Notes under the pieces: model-generated | What the model saw: the letters and a program-made list of their open reading frames with translations, nothing else | Databases searched by the model: none | What the model was told of the DNA's origin: nothing | Shown: positions 13,604 to 24,800 of the stretch, piece after piece | Layout of the letters: the number at the start of each line of letters is the position of its first letter | Position numbering within the stretch: the stretch's first letter is position 1 | Position numbers and translations under genes: made by a program | Assembly (NCBI GenBank): GCA_964057225.1 | Contig: OZ059894.1 | Location: forward strand, 6,262,001-6,326,000 | Length of the DNA stretch: 64,000 nucleotides | Direction of reading: 5' to 3' | Source of the DNA: Auanema rhodensis | Taxonomy: Eukaryota; Animalia; Nematoda

Positions 13604-15572
13604 CAATTCTTTGAATCAATAAATCCATCATCGGAATTTAATGATGATGAAGAAGCTCTACAGACGTATTTATACGAAAGATCTCATAAGCTACAATCTG
13701 CTAAGGGCTATGATAAGACACCTGATCTCAATGTGGTAAGTCAACTTCTCTTGTCACTATGCAATCTTTTTTTTCAGTTTTTCATATATTTTTTAAACTT
13801 TTTGTATGTTTTCAGAAGAACAAACGGTCTCATCTTCTGAAATCTCCAGCTATAAAACCTAAGTCGAATGTATATACCATTCCACAACATCATCAAGAGT
13901 CGACTACACCTTCAGCTCCTCCTCTATCAAACATCAATGAGTAAGTATTTATTCTTTTATGAAACAAAAAACAACAACATGTGAACGTTCTCTAAGCTTT
14001 GTCTTTGGCCCATTCATCCAACTTTCCAAATATTTTTATGGAATTCAGAATATTGTTATGTTTATATGAATATATTGATTAACTTGATGAAGAACACCGA
14101 ATGTATTTCCGTTATGACGACATCTTCGCCATCATGTGTATATATGAGTGTGTATCGTGTCGCAAACTGCATCGCAAAGACATTAAGGTTTCTTTCCACA
14201 CCTGCTACGTATTTCCGGTAGCAAATGAAGTCAAATAATGTTTCTTTTAATCTATAGATTGCGTAAATATTCTGCTTTTTATGTTTTTTCTCACTTTCTC
14301 TCTATATGCATTAGAAGCTATGGTGCGACCAAATTAAGTGTCAGTCGACTTTGGAGAATTCTTTGTAGAGGGTCAGACCGCTCATACTGTCTATCGACTA
14401 TTCACATCCACTTCCGGTATGAGTACATCATCATCATCACCAACTCCCACCTCCCGAACTGTCCTTTCTTCTCAACCGTCCTTATATATAGAGAAGACCA
14501 AATATCAGTCTTTTCATTGTTTTTAGCATTTGATACAACATCATTGAATCGCGTGTCTACTCTAACTACCGACATCATTGTCATTTCTTGTCAACTTCTC
14601 ACTCTCATTTCCTTGCCTGAATGCTGTGTGTGTTCATTCCTACCTTTTCTAAATCTATCACCGTCATCCTATGTAAACAGATTATTTGATCTCCATTTTC
14701 TCCCATTACATATGGTCAATTTCTCAAATGTCATTTCATTCTTTACTTTTCTTCCAGACCAAGATCCGCTTTCTTGATTCCTACAAAAGACGACTGTCTC
14801 ATGACTGTAGATTCAAATCATATTCGTCAGTATACCGGAGAAGGTGCTCCCAACATACGCAAGATGCCAGCTAAAATTGGTTAGTTTTTCACTTGAAGCT
14901 TTTTTCAATTTAATAATATTTGATTTTAAGGTCTTCTTCCACCTCCTCCAACCTATCCTCGTAGGACGTCGCCTAAGCCTCTTCTTATCCCATCTGCTCC
15001 TCCTCAACATCTTCTCCAAAAAATGCAACCACATTCACCTCTGTCTACTCGCACTCCATCTACACCTAAGTCGGCTAATCGCACACCAGCTGGTAAATCA
15101 AGAGATTTACTTTATCTTTGTTACCAATTACATGTTTCAGTATCAGATGCCTTTACATTTCCGTCAGCTGAGCCATCTGGAGCTCATTTAGTCTGTAATT
15201 CTTGTGATGTTAATAACTATGAAAGGTGAAGAAATTATTTGAAATAACCTAATTTTCTAACTTTCTAAATTTCAGACCTCGTTCTGCTGAAGTTAATTCT
15301 CCATCCTCCTCATCACCTCCCGCCTTACCTCCTCGAAGAGGGTCCCATGTTCAGATGACTCCACCTCCATTGCCCCCAAAACCAAAGTGAGTATTTTTAT
15401 AATCTTTTTTTTTCAAAATTCATTCATTTAAACTTAAAATTCATAATCATTTTTCAGCCGAGGAACATCATCACCTCCTCCACTCCCACCCAAAACGTAC
15501 AAACAGAGATTGAATAGTCCAGAATTCCAAAAAAGGAATATGATCTCTACACTCTCACCTGCAGGAAAATAA
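13604..15572 (+). CDS. Intact duplicate of the last seven sos-1 exons (end of Cdc25 domain plus proline-rich SH3-binding tail), 283 aa
   Basis: Exons 13604-13735, 13816-13940, 14758-14879, 14931-15092, 15141-15225, 15276-15386, 15458-15572 correspond one-to-one to sos-1 exons 6970-7095, 7143-7279, 7351-7475, 7520-7684, 7728-7836, 7918-8076, 8119-8203. Internal intron phases are the same (0,2,1,1,2,2) and the entry is phase 0. Total 852 nt with no internal stop. Examples: QFFESINPSSEFNDDEEALQTYLYERS vs [27 protein letters not shown]; [16 protein letters not shown] in both. Confidence 0.9.
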
Positions 15573-15762
15573 TCTAATTTTCTAACCATCTTTATTAGTT
15601 CAACGCTTGACACTACCCTCTCATTTCTGATAATACCAATTCGAGTTTTGGCTTTTTTGCCTTCCTAATTGTTTTTTTTGTGTCGGATATAATTCATCTT
15701 TCAAGCCATTGATGACATGATCTCGTTTGTACTTAGATAGAGTTTCGCTCAAATCTTCTTCA

Positions 15763-15925
15763 TTTCTTTCCTCTGAAAATTGCCTTGGATTTAAAATATC
15801 TGAGAGATTATAGATTACTGTGATAAAATTATTAATATTAATCATATTTATGCTGTGCACAACGAGGATTATATCTGCTCACGCTTTGCATTATCATTAA
15901 TTACGGCTGTCATATTGTAATCTGA
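15763..15925 (+). repeat. 163-bp near-identical direct repeat, copy 2 (3' UTR of the duplicated SOS tail)
   Basis: Matches 8394-8556 at a constant offset of 7369 bp, 1 mismatch. Confidence 0.95.
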
Positions 15926-16097
15926 TAAATTTAAAAACATTTTCCCTTTTATATCATTTTTGAAACAAAATTTATCCAAATTGTCATTTATATTGCTCCA
16001 AATAATGATTAAATCATCATCTATAATTCAAATGTACAGAAAAGAGAATCTGAATCAAAAAAGTACGTTCTTGGTTTTTATCCTCTATGTGTACTTA

Positions 16098-16825
16098 CCA
16101 TACTTGCAAGATGTACTTTAACTTGAAAAGGAAGCATCAACTTCCGAATCAACCCGTACACACATGGAAATGATCAAAAATCAGATATTATAGTTATATG
16201 ACTAAGTTGAGCTTGCACAGTTGATTGCAGGTAAGTCTGAGCTTTGTTTCCAAAAATAAGATCAGCAGTCTTCGAATTTACTATGAAACCAGTTTTATGA
16301 TGTATTTCTTTATCTAGATAGAGAACATCATGTGGAACTAAATCAAAGATAGAAATACCACATTGGAATAACATAACATTCTTATATTTTTTTCTTTGGG
16401 TTAAAATATTTTTTTGATAAAAAAAGACATATATTTGGACTATGAAAATCAAAACAATGAAATCAACACCGCTTATCCTATTTCTGAGAGATTTGAAAAA
16501 ATCTTATTGTCAAGTCATTGCTTGAACATATGATTTTTAATCTGTGAACTTGACATCGTTTTTTTTAAATGATTAGCATGGTTAAGAGCACCTCAATATG
16601 GAATGATACCAAAAACTATGCTGGGATTCAGCGTCATCTGTAGTTCCAAAAAAATCTCAGAACATTGATTGATAAGTTCTGTTCGCTGGGTTTGATTCAT
16701 TCTCAAAACTTTTTTTGTGATTTTTCATTTGCGACCTCTTGACGACATGCACTACGTCGTAGTTATCATCATAAAGTATTTTCTGAGGTTGATGCCCTTA
16801 TCAATTTTCATGCAATTTGAAGTCA
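16098..16825 (-). pseudogene. Possible decayed coding sequence of unknown family
   Basis: Protein-like fragments in alternating frames broken by stops and frameshifts (MNQTQRTELINQCSEIFLELQMTLNPSIVFGIIPY*; FQCGISIFDLVPHDVLYLDKEIHHKTG; DHFHVYGLIRKLMLPFQVKVHLASM followed by GTAAGT). Confidence 0.25.
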
Positions 16826-17085
16826 TTTTCTTTTAAAAAATAGCTTAAAATAAATGAAAAAAAGAAAATTATGGATTATGAATTGCTCAATAGTAAAATA
16901 TACAATTCTTTAAGTATTAGTCAATCTTTTTTTTTAATTGTTTGTTGTTTGAACACAACTAAAAGATATTGATTAGTGTTATTCTGATGTTATAAATCCA
17001 ATCCAAATAATATTAAATATAACTATTATGCTTTATTTAACTGACATTTTAAATAAATAATAATAACATATTAATATTAATATTA

Positions 17086-17112
17086 ATATATATATATATA
17101 TATATATATATA
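17086..17112. repeat. (TA)n microsatellite
   Basis: About 13 uninterrupted TA units. Confidence 0.95.
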
Positions 17113-18592
17113 CTTTGTTATAATTAATTCTAAAACTTTTTCAAAGTGATTGTCGTAAAGTTTAAATTAGAACCTGGAAAGGTTTATGTTCAAACATCAG
17201 ATCTATTAGATATTGGATTTCTTATTTTTGAAAATAAGTTAGACATATAAAACATTTTAGAAGATATTATATAAATCTGTATTTATAAATAATATCTTTT
17301 CAACTAAGATTTATAACCACTAAAGAAGGCGTTCTGATTTATACTCATAATCCTTATGTTATATCCTTCATAAAACATATATAAGAAATCGAAAAGAGAA
17401 TAGATAAAGATTTGATTATTCGAATTAAACAGATTTTTTCTTATTTTTTTTGTTTAATTCACAAGAATTACGAATAGAATGAATCATATTATCCAATCTT
17501 CAAACTATGATATCAACACAGGATTTGAATGATCAATGAAACCAATATGAGCATTATATCTCTTGACCAATAATACAGGGGTTTCATCTGTTTCCCAAGC
17601 TCTTTTTATAATTTTAGAGAAAGCAACCAATTACATATGTGTATTAACATGATATGACAATTGTTTTTTCAAATTTTTTAAACTTTTCGGCGAAACTAAA
17701 CGTTTCTTAGAATATCGTTTGTTTGAAATTCCTAAAGCAATGAGGCTATTACTGTATTATGGCCAAACTGTTGGTGTCGAGATTTCATAAGCAAATCAAA
17801 CATCATATTTTCTTTTTTTTTTCGATGACCAAAGAGATGGAACATAAACGATTTGCATCTCTCATGCATAATAAAACATCTAAATTTTTTTTTATACATA
17901 CGGAAAGAACACGAATTCCTTAACGATATGAAGGTGTATAAAGGGAAGGTCAGTTAGTCCATTTCATGACCTACTTGCTTTGAATAAAAGGAATACGTAT
18001 GTACAACATATATACGAAGGCGACAAGGTCGCTTGTTCCAGCTACTATTATTGCTACTAGTTAAATTCCCACGATTTTTCTTTTTCAACTTTACCTACAC
18101 TCAGCATGTTCTGAAAACTTTTTTTGACACACCTGTATCGTTCTCCAACATTTTCTCAGCTCGTATCCAAAATAACTACCAAGCTCAGAATACATTTTTT
18201 TCAAATTACGGTCAGTAATCAGCAAAAAAGAGAGGCAATTATCGATGTTTTAGTTTAAGGAACAGAAAAATTTAAGTTATTTCCTAATCTTCATCATTCG
18301 TTCAAAATTGTTTTTATTTTTAGTAAAAAGTTTGTTAAATTATTTAGAATACGATGAGAGTGCTGTAACGATAATTTGTGATAAATTTCTTCTAAACATT
18401 CGTATCAATTATTCCATCTTTCGTATTTTTTCAAACGATTCATTAATCCTGTCCTCATTCTCAGAGAAGTTTGATTCTTTTAGATGTTTCTCTCATTCTA
18501 ATCCGAATCATATATACAAGAAAATATTTTTTACTCAATGAACTATGCTTTGAATAATTTTATGAAATTTTATAATTTTTTTTTAGATAATT

Positions 18593-18808
18593 ATGAACAG
18601 AAATCAGATCATATGCTTTGTATTTCTTATTATTTTTTCAATTGTAATGGCTGAACTTTCCATTGATGGAGATGAGGTAATATTTTAAGAAATATTTCAT
18701 TTCATTCAATTTGTTAATGTTAATTTTTATTTTTTAAATTATTTTATTTAGTTGGTTCTATCAATGAAAGAAAATGTTCGTGTTCATCGTGCTGACGAAA
18801 CTCTCTAA
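18593..18808 (+). CDS. Small secreted peptide precursor, 46 aa, two exons (18593-18676, 18752-18808)
   Basis: TTTTAG acceptor 6 nt before the ATG. MNRNQIICFVFLIIFSIVMA signal peptide, ELSIDGDE, phase-0 GT-AG intron, LVLSMKENVRVHRADETL*. AATAAA at 18907-18912. Confidence 0.7.
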
Positions 18809-19309
18809 ATATGAAAAATGACAAATTGAATATTTTTAAATTATTAAATTAAAGATATAAATTGACATGTCTTAATAATATGTTTGTGTCGTATATTTAT
18901 TTGATGAATAAAATAATTATAACTCAAAGCAAGCATTTTAACCTGTTTTTTTTTTGAAAATATGAATAGTAAATATTCAATTTCAATTGATTATTTCATT
19001 TGATAATATAAGAAATTAATAAAATCAAAATAAGTAATGAACTGATCAATGATAAATTAAAAAAGATTTATGGGAATCAAATCAAATATACAATACAGAA
19101 TGAATCATGTATACAACATTTATTGATAATCTACAATTTAAAAAATTGGAATGAGAACGAAAGTAGATTTTAGAAGGACACACAGCGTTTTATTTTTTTA
19201 AATGATTAAAAATTGATTAAATAGAAACAAATTATCAATAAGTGAGAAAGATTTTCAACGTTTATGAGAGAGAAAAAGCTGTATAATTGGTATCTATCTT
19301 CGGAAATTA

Positions 19310-21864
19310 TCAATATTGATTGAAGCAACTTCTTTCAGCACGGTCAATTTGGCTAATAAGTTGAGCAAGTTTTCTTCTAACTTTTTTCTGATCATCAGCT
19401 GTACATTCAATAACCTATAATATAAGATATTCATGCATTTACGATCACATATTTGAAAAAAAAAAGTTTATAATCCCTACTTGAGATTGGAATCTTTGAT
19501 CAATTGGTCCTTCAGGTTGGTCTGGAGAACAAGCATTCAAATATCTACGAGCAGTCTGAAAATATTGATGATAACCGTCAATCAAATTGGAATCTTACTT
19601 CCTTTCCATTTTTGATATCTTCTTCAATTTTTCTCATGACAGTATCAATCATGGTATTGACAGTAGATAAAGCTTGCTGTTGCTCATAAGTTCTTGGGGT
19701 ATTTACAACAACTTCAACAGTTTTGGTTCGAGAAGCCAATCTATTAGTTGTAGCAGTAATATCATCTCGATCACCTAAAAAAGTAAAAATGATTAAGAGG
19801 TTTATGGGTACATGGACACATGGGTATTAACTTATAATATTTAAAATGATAATACTCTAAAAATGACTTATTCTTCTCGTTTTTGAGATAACGATATTAG
19901 AACATACCTTGTCCCAATCTTAAAAGATCAGTATTAATAGCAACATTATTGAGAACATCCAAAATTTGATCCTTTTCTTGTTCCAAAGTTGCTGCTGCTT
20001 CTCTAAAATTTGAAAAATTACGTTTATTTCTTTATTTCTTTATGTTTAATTTACTCATATAATCAGTTAATTATCTTTCTCAACAAAAAAAAGATGTGTG
20101 GGAGGAGAAATGAACTATTGCATTTTTAAAGTTTTGAATGATAATATTGTAATTTGATATCGATTATCATTACAATAAATCAATGATGATAAATATTGAG
20201 ATAGCAATGAAACTTTGATTATTGAACACATTCTTTAAATATTAAAGAAAATATTTTTTATAATATGAAATAGGATATTTTATTTGAAAAGAATGATCAT
20301 AACAAACCTAAGCTGTTCAACTCTTTTCTCAACGTCATCCAACATGTTAACGATTTGCTCATTGAAATCATCAATACTCTTATTTCGAACTATTTGAACA
20401 GGAACATTTCTTGTATGAGCAGACATTCTAGAGAATCTGAAATAAAATAATGGATAAGATTAAAATAATTTTTTTTGCTTTTGAATAAAATATAATTTAT
20501 TGAGTTGTGATGTTTAGAAAGAAAGTAGATATGGTTGAAATATATGATAACACTATATATGAAATATATAAAAACAATTTAAAAAAAGAGTAAAATAAAA
20601 TAAAATGGGAAAACAACAAACAGCTATATGTAAGGTAATAGGCAATTATCTGTGACATAATATACCTTAAAGTAAAATATATTTGACAATAAGGATCATT
20701 GAAAACTAGACAACTAGCTAGAAGTTAGACATGAATATGATTTGTGAAACAGTGGTGCGAAATATACATTGCTAACTAGTCATTACTTTGTGTTAGCTAT
20801 TGAGGTGACTTATCTATCGAACTTTATACTCAAAGCTAACAGTAACAAGAGCATATGTGAAGAGTTCATGTAACTCAGAGAGACCTGTAATTGAAAAGAT
20901 GGCATCATCATCAAACACTATGTGGGCTGAGAGTATATGTCGCAGATGCTACAACTGGATTTAAAAAAAAGGGAAATTTCGTAACTAATAAAGACAAGTG
21001 AGCATTTTATAGAAAACGTTAAGAATCAATCATACGATTTCTGAACACATTGATCAAGTTATTTCGATGTTAAGAAGTTAAATAGAACTGGAGTTTTGAT
21101 GGAGAGTAAAGAGCGAAACTTTCAGGTAAGTATCTTAGTGGCTGAAACAATCAAATCAAATCAAGGAAATAATAGAAAGAGGTACATACATGGTTAACAA
21201 CGTTTACAGAGAACAAGAGGCTGAATAGATAAGAATGAGAGAACTGTTAAGAAATAATTGAAGAGAATGGACAAGGTGAGCGAAAGATAGTGATGTGATA
21301 GAAATTGCGGGGGGGGGAGTTGAGAGTTGAAAAGCCGAAAAAACAGGCTCTTTCGTTAATTAATAACAAGGAATTATTACATGATTATCAGTAAAAAAAT
21401 GACAAAAACATAGAACAAATAAAATGATGAAAATTGGAGAACTTTCAGGTTAGAGCATAGCGTTAATGTTGTTAACATGCGAGCACTGCAGCGTGCTGTT
21501 TCAAATTTTGAGAAGCATTGAAAAGCAAACCTTGGAGTAATGATGTCAATATCCTCTTCTGGGAATTGTTCTCTAGAGAATCGGCTATAATAAAATTAGA
21601 AAATTAAACGAATCAACTCATAAGTTTGATGAAATAAAATTCACAGAATCTGCACTTGTAAAGTTGAAATAGCTATTTTTAAGTTTTTAGTTAGCAAAAG
21701 CTTAAGTTATTATAACAAAAAGAATTTTCGATAAAAAAAACAACAAAAGAAGTAAATAAAGTAACAAAAATTGGCAAAACATTATTCATTCCATCAGTCT
21801 TTAAGAAGTACCTGGTGTTGGGCAATTGGCCATTCCTTTTGAGGCTATCTAGATAAGCTGCCAT
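19310..21864 (-). CDS. unc-23: BAG2-family Hsp70 co-chaperone (UNC-23-like); multi-exon
   Basis: Spliced product: MAAYLDSLKRNGQLPNT...MLDDVEKRVEQLREAAATLEQEKDQILDVL...GDRDDITATTNRLASRTKTVEVVVNTPR...YLNACSPDQPEGPIDQRFQSQVIECTADDQKKVRRKL. This aligns with BAG2 ([20 protein letters not shown]...[26 protein letters not shown]). TTTCAG precedes the ATG; TGA at 19312-19310. Confidence 0.92.
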
Positions 21865-24800
21865 TTAGTTTTCTGAAAGAAACGCTGACTGTACAAGTGA
21901 TAAGTAAAGGTACATAAAAAAAACGAAAAAGTTTGTTGTGAAGATACACGAATAGATCAACAAACGATGAAAACTAACAAGAAAAAAGAAGAATAAGAAG
22001 AATAAGACGAAGAAGAAAAAGCATTGATCGACGTAAAATAGCAAAGATGGTTAGATGAACATATAAAACTTGACTTTGAATTCAATGCAATAGCTAGATA
22101 GTATAGAATGAGCGAAACAAAATTATAAAAAGCCCAACAGTAAAAAATGGAGAGAATGCTGAAACAAGCTATAGACTGCTTACAGTTTGAATGACTACCA
22201 AGAAATTATCGGAAAATATCAAAGAATTCTTAAGGAAGGTAGCTCTTTGACTTTCTTTATTTAACGCTAAACCAAATAAGGTGTCTTATCGAGAGAAGTC
22301 TGGAAGATAAAAGAAGAATCTGTCTCTTTTCTAGAAATGAGACAGAAAAAAGATGAAGGAAATAGAGATATAGACATAGAGAACGGAAAAGAGAAAGAGA
22401 AATTGGTTGAGGAATGAGAGTTAGAGATTATATGATAGACGTGGTCAGAACATATCTGATGTGAATAGAAAGCAAATGGTGATGAGAATTTGAAAAATCA
22501 TCAAGGAAATACTGTGCGATACGTATATGAACGTGAAACGAGGAGAGAAAGGAAATGAAAGAGAGCGAGAAAAGGGTGAGTTGGACTGAGTGGGGGAAAC
22601 CGGACAGATCTGGAAGTGCGAGACACGAAAAGCTTCCATAATGCAAGCATTGTCATCGTTAAAGATTGGAAATATGATTTAGTGAGTGAACATATCAAAA
22701 GATGAAAAGTATCACCAGGTGGCCTGAACAAAGGAAGAGATGAAGCCATTTCAAAGACATCCCACCGTCATTCTTTAGATAAAATTTTATTTTCTCATTT
22801 CAGAGGCATTCCATTTTCTCCGATTCATTGAAAATAACAGTCAAAAGGTTTATATACAATTGTTGAGCTGCATCTAAAGTAACAGTGAATCAAACACTAT
22901 TATATAATATTATTCATAAAAATTGTGATAGAAAAAAAATATAAATATGAAAACTATTAACATGTAAATATTGTATAATATGAAATACTTTATTGAGCTT
23001 TCATAGATTTTCAAAAAGTTTGAAAGTCAAATGACAGCATTTTCACGTCACGTGATCAACTTCATTTCGCCTACGTGAAATGACAATTGCGGTTGCTTTC
23101 AAAATCTCTGTTTTCTGTAGTAACTAAAGAATAATAATGATGTCATAGAACAATAGAACAATAGTTTCAAAAAGTATTTCATATTTCTTATCTAATGTAT
23201 TTGATACATCAAATATAAGCAAAACATTAAGTTTTATCCTGCAGTATACTAGAAGTAAATTAGAGAATGACTATTTTGAACTAGTAAAACAGCTAAAAAA
23301 TTGAAAAAAAATGCTTACGACACTTCGAGATTACACGCAGAGGAGGGGCAAATGTGTTTTAGAAAACTTTTGAAGTATGGGTAATGTTTGGTTAGAATTA
23401 GAGGAGGGGGAGAAACTGGTTAGTAAACTATGGAGCATCAATTGAAAGGATCAACGTTTAAACCATAAGATCAAAAGAAACGGAAAAAGAAAATCGAAAT
23501 GCATCTGAATAGCTCGTCGGTCTCTAATCTGTTTAGAGACGACGTTATATGTGAAATAGGAATGGAGAAATGAAAGCGAGAAGGGAATTGAATGAGACGT
23601 ACGTCGACGTGAAACGATATGATGATAGAGGTATGAGACGAGAGAGATAGAGAGAGAGAACACGTGTATAAGTAAAGAGTTTTCCTTTTCGAGAAGAAAG
23701 AGGTGATGAACGAGACATCGACGACAACGAGAACAACGACAGTGTCGGCGATTGATAAGTGGAAAAGGCTCTACTTGCATACATTTTCTGCCTGGCGTTA
23801 GAAAACCGGTAGTGATCTGAGTTTGAAATGCAGTTGAGCGGCTTCGCTACTTCAATGTTTACATTCTGATCATGCCTCTACCTTCACCTATGTGAAGTGG
23901 CGATGACGCCATGGCAAACCTCAGAAACGAGAACAGTAGTATAAAACACAATAACAACGAAAGACAAATCATGGTTTTTCAACATCACCTAGAAATGTGT
24001 ATGTGCAGGTCTTGAACGACGGCTTGTATTCATCGTAAACATTTGATTATATCGATCGACCACACCCAAATCATGTTCTCGGACCATCAGGAACAAGATT
24101 ACGATGGTTATTCGTCGGACAATGATGACGATGTAGGAAATGATTATAACATATGTGATGTTTAATGTTTTTTTTTTTTTGCTTTCAAGATTAAAGTATA
24201 AGAAACTGCTATATTAATAATTAGAAACCAAAAAAAAGAATTAAATATCTAATTTAAGCTTTTGAAGAACAAATAATTAGGTAATCGGAATGAATAAAGG
24301 CTGAAAGAAACTTACGAAATCAATGGATATTTTATGCTATTTGTTTAGTTTCTGCTGAACTAATTCAGAACAGCTGAGTTTTTCACTCTTTTTCTCTCTG
24401 TGTCAATCTCTCTATCTCTCTCACACTTTCTCTCTCTTTCATTTCCCTTTTGTGCAGCTTCATCTCTAATCACTTGTCCTCTCACCTTTATATCATTTTC
24501 TCTCAAATTCTATATTTTTCGAACTATTTCGTTCTGTTTAACATCAATACATTTGAAGAAAAAAATCAATTTCTATGAAAATGTGAACTAACGTTGAACG
24601 AATAATTTCAAAAAATCAAGGAACAGGCGACAACAACAAGTAAGGAATGTTTGATGTCAATTGATGAAGAACTTTTTTGAATCATTTATAATTGCAATAA
24701 ATGTAAAATACAATCAAATTTTAAAAACATTCTTATATAAACCAGGTGCGGGAGAGTGAAAAATGATTTCGAACATTGGGCAGTGTGCATAAGTCTTTGG

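Noticed and set aside
6970-15572. The SOS tail duplication as an assembly or haplotype artefact
   Set aside because: The coding copies are far too diverged, with in-frame indels and different introns, to be alleles or a mis-join; only the 163-bp UTR block is near-identical.
17490-17630. Minus-strand fragment with two KR pairs (KRAWETDETPVLLVKRYNAHIG...), neuropeptide-like
   Set aside because: Bounded by in-frame stops, with no acceptor or signal-peptide exon found.
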